Shown: positions 56,172 through 64,000 of the stretch, in pieces | How the letters are laid out: every line of letters begins with the position of its first letter | How positions within the stretch are numbered: position 1 is the stretch's first letter | Notes under the pieces: model-generated | What the model saw: the letters and a program-made list of their open reading frames with translations, nothing else | Databases searched by the model: none | Told to the model about the DNA's origin: nothing | IMG/VR virus record: IMGVR_UViG_3300023179_000035 | Span: 52,395-116,394 of that record | Strand: one strand, 5' to 3' | DNA from: a virus | DNA: 64,000 bases | Translations under genes and position numbers: made by a program

Positions 56172-56866
56172 TGAATAAAAACATAAACGTAGACCTTGAT
56201 TCGATAGTCAGGGAGGCTGTCAGCAAGACCGTTGTGGCCTCAGGCCTGTCAGAGGCCTACGTGGCAGAGCCAAAGCAGTTCAAGCAGCTGTCCGACTCAG
56301 TCTCCAGCAAGTCTAAGGAGGCTCACGCAGCCCTCTACAAGGGGTACGTAGAGTCCCTCAACAAGGTGTCGTCTGAGCTCGACGCTGTCGAACGTGACCA
56401 GGCGAACCCGCGACACTCGCAGTTTAGGACGCTGAAGCTAGACGAGGCCTACAATGCCAACGCGGTCTACCTCCACGAGCTGCACTTCTCTAACTGCTTC
56501 GACCCAGGCTCGCAGGTCTACATGGACTCGATGCCGTACATCAGGCTGCAGCGTGACTTCGGAACTTTCGACGACTGGCAGCACGACTTCATAGCTTGCG
56601 CCCTGTCGGCCAACCAGGGCTGGGCTGTCTGTGGCTACAGCGCCTACCTGAAACGATTCGTCAACGCTGTCATCGACCTACACTCGCAGAACGTCATGGT
56701 CGGGTTCTTCCCGGTCATCGTCCTAGACGTCTGGGACCACGCGTCGTACACAGACTACCCAAACAAGAAGCAGGATTACGTCGTCAAGATGATGGAGGAG
56801 CTTAACTGGAAGGTGATAGACGACCGCTTCCAGAAGGTCGAGAAGCTAATCGAGGCCCTGAGGTAA
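56171..56866 (+). CDS. Fe/Mn superoxide dismutase-like protein
   Basis: H..LY.GYV..LN, LHELHF, RDFGTFDDW, GWA, LDVWDHA.Y..Y, LNW. Confidence 0.8.
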   Translation: MNKNINVDLDSIVREAVSKTVVASGLSEAYVAEPKQFKQLSDSVSSKSKEAHAALYKGYVESLNKVSSELDAVERDQANPRHSQFRTLKLDEAYNANAVYLHELHFSNCFDPGSQVYMDSMPYIRLQRDFGTFDDWQHDFIACALSANQGWAVCGYSAYLKRFVNAVIDLHSQNVMVGFFPVIVLDVWDHASYTDYPNKKQDYVVKMMEELNWKVIDDRFQKVEKLIEALR

Positions 56867-56869
56867 GCG

Positions 56870-57376
56870 ATGCGCCGCGACGACTTTAGGCAATTCCTGC
56901 GGGAGTACTTCATCGCAGAGGCCGGCCCGTTGAAGGGTCCTGAAAATAAGGGCAGCACGTCCCTAGACGCCCAGGTAGACAGGCTCCTCATCTCTTACGA
57001 GAAAGAGGCACGCAGTGCCAAGAACGAGGCCCTTGACTTTCGGTCCATGACGCGTCGCGTGCTGTCTGAGGCCGACGACGACGCGGAAGAGTCGCCTGAC
57101 GCCCCAAAGGGCACGGCTGACGACATTGACATGCAAGAGTTCGCCGGCTCCGTCGTCCGCCTCATAGACAACTACGATTCCCTGCTCGACGTCAGGGACA
57201 CCCTCGTCAGGAGGGCGCAGGACTACATCGCCAAGAAGTACGACGAGAGGGCCGCGTCCGACTTCGCATCAGTCATGAGGGACACATTCGACGTGGAGGT
57301 CGGCGTCACAGACGTAGACAGGCAGGACAAGTACCAAGCTCCGTCAGCAGCGAGGGCCGGCAAGGGGTCAGAGTAA
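56870..57376 (+). CDS. Hypothetical acidic protein with FRQFLRE leader
   Basis: 168-aa ORF in an operon-like run. Confidence 0.55.
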   Translation: MRRDDFRQFLREYFIAEAGPLKGPENKGSTSLDAQVDRLLISYEKEARSAKNEALDFRSMTRRVLSEADDDAEESPDAPKGTADDIDMQEFAGSVVRLIDNYDSLLDVRDTLVRRAQDYIAKKYDERAASDFASVMRDTFDVEVGVTDVDRQDKYQAPSAARAGKGSE

Positions 57377-57382
57377 CGCTCC

Positions 57383-57724
57383 ATGGAAGAGAAGGTCGAC
57401 AGCGCCGTCCTCAGCAAGGACATCTTAAGGGAGAAGAAGCCGGTCACCCTCAGGCTCACGAGGGAGCTTCACACGGCCCTCCGAGTCTGGACCTTCCAGA
57501 GGGGCGTCACAATCCAAGAAGTCGTAGAAGAGTTTGTAAGACGCCTCGTCGAGGGAGACAAGCGCGCCAACGGCATCGTCGACAGCTACATACTACAAAG
57601 CCTACGTTTACACAAGCCCGCTCCGAGGGTTAAATCTGACAGGATAGTAGAGCTAAGCGACGAGGACAAAGGGTCCCTCTACGACCTGATAAATAACGAT
57701 GAGAGCCCTGACGACAATGCTTAA
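57383..57724 (+). CDS. Probable ribbon-helix-helix DNA-binding protein
   Basis: KPVTLRLTRELHTALRVWTFQRGVTIQEVVEEFV. Confidence 0.6.
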   Translation: MEEKVDSAVLSKDILREKKPVTLRLTRELHTALRVWTFQRGVTIQEVVEEFVRRLVEGDKRANGIVDSYILQSLRLHKPAPRVKSDRIVELSDEDKGSLYDLINNDESPDDNA

Positions 57725-57974
57725 GCGTTTCATCTCCCTCGTGAGGGCTGTCATGTCCGCCCAGGAGGCGCAGGCTGAGATTGCTGTCCTGCGTAGGAAG
57801 GTCAGCGACATGACTAAGGTCTTAGAGGCCATCAAAGCCGTCCTCAACGAGCACAACACTCTCATCGTGGTCGCGGCCGAGCAGCAGGAGCGCATCATAG
57901 ACGCGATGAGCGACTGCCACCGATCTTCGTTCTCGTTGATCGACAGGTCGACGCGGGAGAGCAAGCCAAACTAA
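57717..57974 (+). CDS. Hypothetical coiled-coil protein
   Basis: ORF overlapping both neighbours. Confidence 0.5.
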   Translation: MLKRFISLVRAVMSAQEAQAEIAVLRRKVSDMTKVLEAIKAVLNEHNTLIVVAAEQQERIIDAMSDCHRSSFSLIDRSTRESKPN

Positions 57975-58333
57975 TGCCGCCCTGCAACAGGTTGCTCCAG
58001 GCCTCAGTGGGCGTCAACATCCTCCTCGTAGTGCTGTTAGCCTTCGTACTGCGTCGTCCTACACCGCAACCCGGAAAGGTGGTGGCAGACCTGACAGACA
58101 AGAACGAGAAGTCGCTACAGGACCTCCGCCAGCAGGTCCAGGCCCTTAACGACGAGAGGACGAGGGCCCTCGCCGACTTTGAGGAGAAGATGCGCAGGGT
58201 GGCCGCCGACCACGCCAAGGAGATCGCAGACATAGAGGCTAGGAAGTCGGGGGCCGCCGCCTCTATCCTAAAGACGTACGACAACAACATCCCTGGGCTC
58301 GCCAGGGAGTTCTCTAGGACCATGGGGCTGTGA
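57974..58333 (+). CDS. N-terminal TM plus coiled-coil protein (spanin-like?)
   Basis: VGVNILLVVLLAFVL followed by a charged heptad region. Confidence 0.45.
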   Translation: MPPCNRLLQASVGVNILLVVLLAFVLRRPTPQPGKVVADLTDKNEKSLQDLRQQVQALNDERTRALADFEEKMRRVAADHAKEIADIEARKSGAAASILKTYDNNIPGLAREFSRTMGL

Positions 58334-58782
58334 TGCGTTTTCACCGTAATGTCGCCTGGGCTGTCATCGCATCTGTCGTCACAGCCCAGGCCCCAGCCTG
58401 GGGTGAAGCTACTCCTGTCCAGAAGGGTGAGCCGGCCCCTTATGGTGGCGTCCTATTGACGCCCCAGGACGCTGCCCGCGTCATGGCTGACAAGCAGGCC
58501 GTCCCAGACCTGATAGCGGCTGAGGTGAAGAGGGTGCAGGAAGAGGTCGACGCCAAGTGCAAGCTGCGTCTCGACAGCGCGGCCACGTCTGCCAAGCAGG
58601 ACGCAGCTGTCATGCAGACCCAGGTCGAGGCTGCCGTTAACGCTAACAAGGCCCTGGCGGCCCAGCTAGACGCGGCCCATGACGCAGCGAAATGGACGCC
58701 ACTGTGGGTCGGCCTGTCCGCTGTCGGAGGGACAGTAGCCGGCGTCTTGGTAACATCTTTCGTCAACAAGATAGGACGTTGA
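58333..58782 (+). CDS. Signal peptide, coiled-coil and C-terminal TM protein (spanin-like?)
   Basis: Signal ending APAWG; C-terminal LWVGLSAVGGTVAGVLV. Confidence 0.45.
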   Translation: MRFHRNVAWAVIASVVTAQAPAWGEATPVQKGEPAPYGGVLLTPQDAARVMADKQAVPDLIAAEVKRVQEEVDAKCKLRLDSAATSAKQDAAVMQTQVEAAVNANKALAAQLDAAHDAAKWTPLWVGLSAVGGTVAGVLVTSFVNKIGR

Positions 58783-58806
58783 GGTCCTAGCATACTTAGT
58801 GGAACA

Positions 58807-59100
58807 ATGGCAGACGGAGACACAAGCACAAAGGTCGTAAGTCCTGACGTACCACAGCCCCCAGCGCCGGGTCCTGCCTGGTTCTGGCTGAAGGACAACT
58901 CAGGAAAGAGCTCTGCAACGCTGACCTTCGCCACTGTCTCCTTCTTCGTGACGACAGCCGCCTACGCCCTGTCGACTGTGCAGACAGTCGGTGGCGTCTC
59001 TCTTAGGCCCTTTGACCCGTCATCTTGCGCAGCCTACCTCGGGACGACTTTCGCCCTGTACTTTGGCCGCAGGTTCACTGACGCGAAGTTCGGAGCGTAG
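58807..59100 (+). CDS. Small two-TM protein (holin-like?)
   Basis: SATLTFATVSFFVTTAAYAL and AAYLGTTFALYFGRRFT. Confidence 0.45.
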   Translation: MADGDTSTKVVSPDVPQPPAPGPAWFWLKDNSGKSSATLTFATVSFFVTTAAYALSTVQTVGGVSLRPFDPSSCAAYLGTTFALYFGRRFTDAKFGA

Positions 59101-59101
59101 G

Positions 59102-60733
59102 GTGGCCAAGCTCATCAGAGAGAAAGTTTTTGGTGTCTCGCAGTGGGGCGACACGCCTGTCAGTGTCAACCCAGTAGTAGACCCACAGGCCCCGCTAACG
59201 GACCCAACAAACCTTGACTTTGAGCCCCAGTCGTCTCGAGAGCTCGAGGCGGCGCTCAAGAGTTTAGTTCAGGGGACGCGTCTCCCACCAGGAGATGTGT
59301 ACGACATAGTTAAAAAGGCTCTTCGAAAGAGTGAGGAAGAAATGAAAAAAGCGAACAGGGTTGAAGAAGCGATCAGGAAGCACGTGAGAAGAGTCCTCAG
59401 CGAGATCACCGCAGGCGAGCTGCGCAGCCAAGGAATCGCAGGAGTTCCTTCAAGTCTTCCAGACGACACCCAGATCTCAGATATTTTAGCTTCAAGACTG
59501 ATGGGTGGCGGAAGCGTAGTAGTTCCTGCTGGTGTATCAGGAGCAAAACCAAAGCCAACACGCAGTGAGGAAGACGTTGAAACACGTATAAAGCCTGGAG
59601 AGCCGTTTAAGTACGGGCGTGAGGAGTATGAAGCTGACGTGAAGTGGCTTCAAAAAAAGCTAGGTACAAAACTAGCTGAAGAAGCAGTTGATGACATCAG
59701 CCCTGACGACATCAAGAAAAACCTGATGGGTGAGCTCAAGGTCAAGTACGTCTCCCTTCTTTTGAGGGCGGGCGGAGACCCAGGTTCTCTAGGCATGGTC
59801 GACAAGACTGCGAAGGCTGCGTACGAAAAGTATGAGGCAGGTATGAAAATACTGGCAGCACAGTCAGACTATGATGAGCGTGATGTGAATGATTTCGCTA
59901 ACAGAGAGGCGCATGAAAAAGCGCAAGGCTATCCTAGGATTTCAAAAGATGATCTAGACATTGTGCTGTCTTGGGTAGCTCAAAAGAAATCAGGTGTAAG
60001 TGCCGCCGACGCTAAGCGAATTGAGGAAATGATTGAATCTGAAGAGCCTGATGAGGCAGTCGTGAAGGCTGCACGTGACAGCCTCAAAGTCCTGCTTAAT
60101 ACAAGCGAATTTAAAGAAGCGTTCGACGCCATGTCAGAGGAAGCAGCTGAAGATGCATATGAGTTTTATGATTCTGCTATCAACGCTGTCTTAAGTAGGC
60201 TTGCCGCCAACAATGATATTCCTTTGAATATTCTCAAAGAAATTTTAGCCAAAGATGGAGAAGAGCTAAAAAAAGCAGTCTTTAAGTACTTTAAGGACAA
60301 AGATGACAGAAATGAGAAACTGCAGCTCATAGCTGATTTTTTGGATATTCTTGAAAAAGAACCGGAAGAAGCAATACCCGCTATCGTGAATATGACGGGA
60401 GTAGATGATGAAGTCGCGAAGATATTTATAGAGTCCCAGCAAGAATGGGATGATGAGGATGATGAAAGAATTGATTTTATTTCATCGCTGTTAAATGAAA
60501 AATGGATGCCGCAATTCAAGGAGATGATTTTGCAGAAGTGTTTGGTGGATCCTACCGTCAAGGCTGAGGCCTTAAAGTCTCTTGGTATTTCTGAAAAATC
60601 TTTTCAAAAATACTCAGATGCCATGCTAGACGCCAGAAACATCTTCTTAAAATTCTTAGATGACAAAAAAGAAGAGAGGCAGAGGAGCGCAGGGTCTTCG
60701 CCGCTTCCAAGCCGTCTAAGAAGGCGTGTGTAA
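59102..60733 (+). CDS. Large acidic helical hypothetical protein (possible internal head protein)
   Basis: GTG start AKLIRE; internal EEAIRKHVRRVLSE; AT-richer 3' two-thirds. Confidence 0.55.
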   Translation: MAKLIREKVFGVSQWGDTPVSVNPVVDPQAPLTDPTNLDFEPQSSRELEAALKSLVQGTRLPPGDVYDIVKKALRKSEEEMKKANRVEEAIRKHVRRVLSEITAGELRSQGIAGVPSSLPDDTQISDILASRLMGGGSVVVPAGVSGAKPKPTRSEEDVETRIKPGEPFKYGREEYEADVKWLQKKLGTKLAEEAVDDISPDDIKKNLMGELKVKYVSLLLRAGGDPGSLGMVDKTAKAAYEKYEAGMKILAAQSDYDERDVNDFANREAHEKAQGYPRISKDDLDIVLSWVAQKKSGVSAADAKRIEEMIESEEPDEAVVKAARDSLKVLLNTSEFKEAFDAMSEEAAEDAYEFYDSAINAVLSRLAANNDIPLNILKEILAKDGEELKKAVFKYFKDKDDRNEKLQLIADFLDILEKEPEEAIPAIVNMTGVDDEVAKIFIESQQEWDDEDDERIDFISSLLNEKWMPQFKEMILQKCLVDPTVKAEALKSLGISEKSFQKYSDAMLDARNIFLKFLDDKKEERQRSAGSSPLPSRLRRRV

Positions 60734-60738
60734 GCTGA

Positions 60739-61110
60739 ATGAACAGGCTGCTCCTCCTTAACGAGGAAATAGTACAGCAGGCCTCGAGGGGCACCTTGAG
60801 GCCTGCGTTGCCTATCAAGGCGACGCGGCAGAAGTTGCCTATCCTCCCGGCCGACGTATGGCGTCCCATAGACGGAAGCCTCAAGAAGACTTTCAAGTTT
60901 GACGATGTGATTGGCAGGAACACGTTCCTCTTCAGGCTCCTCAGCTACGAACAGGAGAAGGGACACAACGCTGTCATCGTGGTCAGGGAGGACAGCGTCG
61001 CTGTCTCTGTGACGACTCACATGGGGTCGGCCACAGAGCGCCGGGTGACAGAGCTCGACAGGGAGTACACACACGCTGCCGACATGATATTTTCTGAGAT
61101 AGCTAAGTGA
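60739..61110 (+). CDS. Pterin-4-alpha-carbinolamine dehydratase-like protein
   Basis: W....SLKKTFKF...EQEKGHNA...V.VSVTTH....VTELD...A...D. Confidence 0.65.
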   Translation: MNRLLLLNEEIVQQASRGTLRPALPIKATRQKLPILPADVWRPIDGSLKKTFKFDDVIGRNTFLFRLLSYEQEKGHNAVIVVREDSVAVSVTTHMGSATERRVTELDREYTHAADMIFSEIAK

Positions 61111-61481
61111 ACTTTCCAGAGCCTAAGGAGATGATGAGCAGCTCGCTCGTCGACAAGCTGGACGGCGGAGACGAGGCCTTGATAGTGGCCTCCCTCATAG
61201 CCGAGCCAGACGTCAACGCGTCAGTGACTGCGATGCTGCTAGGCCTCAAGAGGGCGGCACATGGCGCCAGCTCTTATGTCGTCAGCCTCGTCATGCGGTC
61301 TGCTGACGTCAGCGGCGTCCTGTCCAAGGTGGGCGCGACACCCTACGCCTTGCTGGCCTTAGACGGCCCTGTCTCCCAGAGCTTCAGCCTGCAAAGGCAC
61401 AGCCTGGTGGCCTGCGACGTCAACGTCAGGCAAGAAGCCACATTTTGTGATGTCGTCCTGACGTTTGAGTGCAATACATAG
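61107..61481 (+). CDS. Hypothetical protein
   Basis: 124-aa ORF with GTGA overlap. Confidence 0.45.
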   Translation: MNFPEPKEMMSSSLVDKLDGGDEALIVASLIAEPDVNASVTAMLLGLKRAAHGASSYVVSLVMRSADVSGVLSKVGATPYALLALDGPVSQSFSLQRHSLVACDVNVRQEATFCDVVLTFECNT

Positions 61482-61486
61482 TACCG

Positions 61487-61642
61487 ATGCAGGACATAAA
61501 CTTCGATAAGTTCATGGATGACCTACTCGAGAAGCAGGCCTCCGCCGCCGCCAAGAAGCAACAGCTAGAGCAGGAGACTCCGCAGCGCGAGTACGTTAGG
61601 CGCTACCGCGAGCTACCCATCAACAGGACGCGTGTCGGGTGA
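61487..61642 (+). CDS. Small hypothetical protein (51 aa, below the ORF-track cutoff)
   Basis: MQDINFDKFMDDLLEKQ...RELPINRTRVG. ATACATA 6 nt upstream; stop overlaps the next start. Confidence 0.55.
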   Translation: MQDINFDKFMDDLLEKQASAAAKKQQLEQETPQREYVRRYRELPINRTRVG

Positions 61643-62178
61643 TGAAGTCGTTAAGAGAGCTGCGCGGTTATGTCGTCCTGCTAGAGGCCGACGAGACGGG
61701 AGAAGCGACGCCTCCAGCCCAGGCGCCCGCTGAAGCCCCCCAGCCTGACAAGCCAGCGGAGACACCCCAGCCGAAGACCGGCAAGGCTAGCGACATCGTC
61801 GCCATGAAGAAGGGCGACATCTCGGCCGACAAGGTGATCGACAAGCTCAACACGATCAGGGCCGGCAGGTCGTTCAAGGACCCAAACATCAAGTCGTCCC
61901 TGACAGACTACATCAGCTCCCTCAAGCCGCCAGAGAGGGTCGCCCTGTTCGCCTTCCTGAAGGGGGTGTCGCAGATCATGTCGGGGGAGGTCGAGGGCCA
62001 GAGCGCCACAGAGCCGGCAGACCCAGCCCCGTCGATCCAGATGCAGAAGGTGAGGCTGAAGCGGGAGATCAAGCCTACTATCGTGATGCCGTCGAAGCCC
62101 GGCGCTCCCGAGCAGGAAGAGTCGCCTGAGGCCGCGGCGGCTCCGGCAAGGGTCCCGACTCCTATCAAGGCCAAGTAA
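61639..62178 (+). CDS. Hypothetical Pro-rich protein with LRELRGY..LLE leader
   Basis: 179 aa, with LNTIRAGRSFKD core. Confidence 0.55.
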   Translation: MMKSLRELRGYVVLLEADETGEATPPAQAPAEAPQPDKPAETPQPKTGKASDIVAMKKGDISADKVIDKLNTIRAGRSFKDPNIKSSLTDYISSLKPPERVALFAFLKGVSQIMSGEVEGQSATEPADPAPSIQMQKVRLKREIKPTIVMPSKPGAPEQEESPEAAAAPARVPTPIKAK

Positions 62179-62209
62179 CCAACCCACAGCCTGTGTATAG
62201 TATGCTCGC

Positions 62210-62392
62210 ATGCACAACAGGATAGAAGTGACTGTGACTCCGCACATGGTAACCAAGGTGGCTGACTCCCTCGGCCTGCAGCCTGAAGAGGTGACAGACG
62301 ACATGCTAAAGCCGTTCCTCCTCGAGGCCCTGCGCAATGCTGTCGTCGCTGACGACCCCGGTCCTAACCCGCTTCAGCAGTCGAATACATAA
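62210..62392 (+). CDS. Small hypothetical protein
   Basis: TATAGT 8 nt upstream of the ATG. Confidence 0.45.
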   Translation: MHNRIEVTVTPHMVTKVADSLGLQPEEVTDDMLKPFLLEALRNAVVADDPGPNPLQQSNT

Positions 62393-62396
62393 CAAC

Positions 62397-63425
62397 ATGT
62401 CAAAGAAGCTGCTGGAGGCCTACATCGCCTCGCTACTCACTGAGTTCATGGACAACTCTATGATGATCGGCGACCCCGACAAGGCCGCCGATATCTTCAC
62501 GGGACCCTTCAAGAACTTCGCTGGAATCACCGTGTCCGAGCTGGGCAAGACTTTCTTCACGGCCAAGATGGCCGCAAAGCTGGCTTTCGCTGCCGTCAAG
62601 GGGGCCTTCGGCGCCAAGGCGGACTTTGAAAAGATATTCTCGACTCACGACAGCGAGCGTCAGTCGATGCAGTCAAAGTTCCAGGCCTACTACAACGACG
62701 CTTTCTCCCTGACGAACAACACGGACCTCAACATGGTCGCCTTCATGTGGAACCCAGGCGCGTGGGCGGTGGCCAAGGCTTCTATGGGGGCTGATATTCC
62801 AGGGCTGGCCCACGCAGGAGTTGGAGGCGCCGCGAGTGCTGTCGGAGGAGCCGCTAGGACAGCTGGAAGTAAGCTGAGCGGATACAGTGATTATTATTAC
62901 GAGTCTTTTATCAGAGAAAATTCTGAAAAACCCCTGACCCCAGAAGCTATCAAGGGCCTCCAGGCCGACTCTAAAAAGTTTCGGGCCATCGAGATCAAAA
63001 AGATGGACGAGGTCGTCAGGTCGGTCCGAGAAGCTCTCGAGATGCCTCCAGAAGAATTCATGTCAAAATACGGGAGAGACAGGGCTGAACTATATAAGAG
63101 GCTCAAGGACAGCATAACTGATTCAGTTCAAAAGAAAGCCAAGACGCAAGGCGATTCACTAAAACCTGAGCGGCTGCAGCAGATAAACGCCGGCATTGAT
63201 GCTGCTATACAGCAGCTTGAGGGACAACTGGCTGAAGTCGTCAAGATTTCCAAGGCTGCGCTTGTCGAGAACAGGGCACAGATGCTGACCGACTCGGCAA
63301 ACGAGATAGAAGAGGGACTTAAAAAGCAGGGCATCGACGTGACGAAGCATGGCCTCGTCCCGGTCCTACGCGCTAAGGCCGAAGAGATAAAGAAGCTGGC
63401 GCCACCTGAACAAGAGCAGAAGTAG
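62397..63425 (+). CDS. Hypothetical protein with LLEAYIASLLTE leader
   Basis: ATACATA 5 nt upstream of ATG 62397. Confidence 0.55.
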   Translation: MSKKLLEAYIASLLTEFMDNSMMIGDPDKAADIFTGPFKNFAGITVSELGKTFFTAKMAAKLAFAAVKGAFGAKADFEKIFSTHDSERQSMQSKFQAYYNDAFSLTNNTDLNMVAFMWNPGAWAVAKASMGADIPGLAHAGVGGAASAVGGAARTAGSKLSGYSDYYYESFIRENSEKPLTPEAIKGLQADSKKFRAIEIKKMDEVVRSVREALEMPPEEFMSKYGRDRAELYKRLKDSITDSVQKKAKTQGDSLKPERLQQINAGIDAAIQQLEGQLAEVVKISKAALVENRAQMLTDSANEIEEGLKKQGIDVTKHGLVPVLRAKAEEIKKLAPPEQEQK

Positions 63426-63441
63426 GGGCTATAAAGAAGAC

Positions 63442-63723
63442 ATGCCAAAGCGTAGAGCAGCCAACTATAACGTAGACCTGATGCAACCAGACGAGCTCAA
63501 CCAGCTCAAGGCCCTCGTCAAAGAGTTCATGACACGCGCCCAGAACATCGAAAGTGAGATCCAGCTACTCAACGACGACAAGAAGGAGCTGATCGAGGAG
63601 TTCAGCACTAAGCTGGACATGAAGACCCTCAACGCAGCCCTCCGCGTCTTGAAGATCAAGGCCGGGGTAGAGCACAAGGACACGTTTGACCTCTTCGTCG
63701 AGACCCTGACAGAGGAGCAGTGA
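63442..63723 (+). CDS. T4 DsbA/GapR-like small dsDNA-binding protein
   Basis: LKALVKEFMTR.QNIESEI..L.DDKKELIEE....LDMKTL.AALRV.K. Confidence 0.6.
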   Translation: MPKRRAANYNVDLMQPDELNQLKALVKEFMTRAQNIESEIQLLNDDKKELIEEFSTKLDMKTLNAALRVLKIKAGVEHKDTFDLFVETLTEEQ

Positions 63724-64000
63724 TGCCCCGCCCACGGAAAGCAGCGAAGAAGAAGTCGTCGAAGCCGGAGCCCACCTATGTCCTCAACGTCACCAAGGAC
63801 GAGCTGGCCCACATCAGGAACCTGATGTCTGTCCTGCTCCCGCCCGCCGGTGAAGTGAAGCTTGGTGAGTCCCTGGCCGAGGCCTGTGAGATGGACGAGT
63901 CTGTGGACTCTTCCCTGTGGGACAAGATCTGGGCACTGTGCTCAGAGGCGGGAGTCGACGTAGGGGACGAAGCCCCTGACTTTATCGTGGCCCACCTCGC
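63723..64000 (+). CDS. Hypothetical protein, truncated by the window end
   Basis: TGATG overlap; MPRPRKAAKKK... stays open to the end of the window. Confidence 0.5.
   Translation, partial: MPRPRKAAKKKSSKPEPTYVLNVTKDELAHIRNLMSVLLPPAGEVKLGESLAEACEMDESVDSSLWDKIWALCSEAGVDVGDEAPDFIVAHL

Noticed and set aside
1-64000. CRISPR arrays, tRNA or rRNA genes
   Set aside because: No regularly spaced direct repeats or cloverleaf/T-loop signatures were found by eye. tRNAscan-SE could still find divergent genes.
1-64000. Stop-codon reassignment as the cause of the fragmented genes
   Set aside because: Most genes are full length in the standard code, and the breaks coincide with intein or intron motifs and frame changes.
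1-64000. Numerous long antisense or alternate-frame ORFs (e.g. 6247..6831, 8722..9327, 30582..31394, 61681..62337)
   Set aside because: They shadow well-supported genes, as expected from GC-rich codon bias, and show no recognisable motifs.
1-64000. Apparent abundance of GTCGAC/GACGTC sites as evidence for modified DNA
   Set aside because: Explained by frequent GTC (Val) and GAC (Asp) codons. It needs a codon-aware k-mer test that I cannot run.

Overview
This 64-kb window is part of a large, T4-like/jumbo-type contractile-tailed phage genome (mostly GC-rich, with AT-richer islands). In order it carries: a tail fibre and a LamG protein; a tail-assembly/tape-measure/baseplate block (6-18 kb); a replication and recombination block (short PolA-like protein, HD protein, gp32-like SSB, RecA/UvsX, dUTPase, 5'-3' nuclease, DnaB-like helicase, class II ribonucleotide reductase, ThyX, dTMP kinase); stress and accessory genes (Hsp20, SET, LD-carboxypeptidase, Dps-like, SOD-like, epimerase, thymidine kinase); a second nucleotide-metabolism cluster (41-45.8 kb); and DnaE. 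The most striking feature is gene fragmentation, with four split inteins in three essential genes. DnaE is in three pieces joined by two split inteins, each with a Vsr/EDxHD-like endonuclease gene between its halves. NrdJ has one split intein plus a Gln-terminated HNH intein. RecA needs both an atypically split intein (31-aa N-half) and a group I intron inserted only 15 nt downstream. Other notable signals: a candidate DNA base-modification cluster built on a divergent ThyX paralogue, a recurring ATANTTA motif 5-8 nt upstream of start codons (candidate leaderless late promoter), a shared N-terminal motif suggesting head packaging, and a likely programmed frameshift upstream of the tape-measure gene. 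No tRNA, rRNA or CRISPR array was seen. All product calls come from motif recognition by eye, not from database searches.
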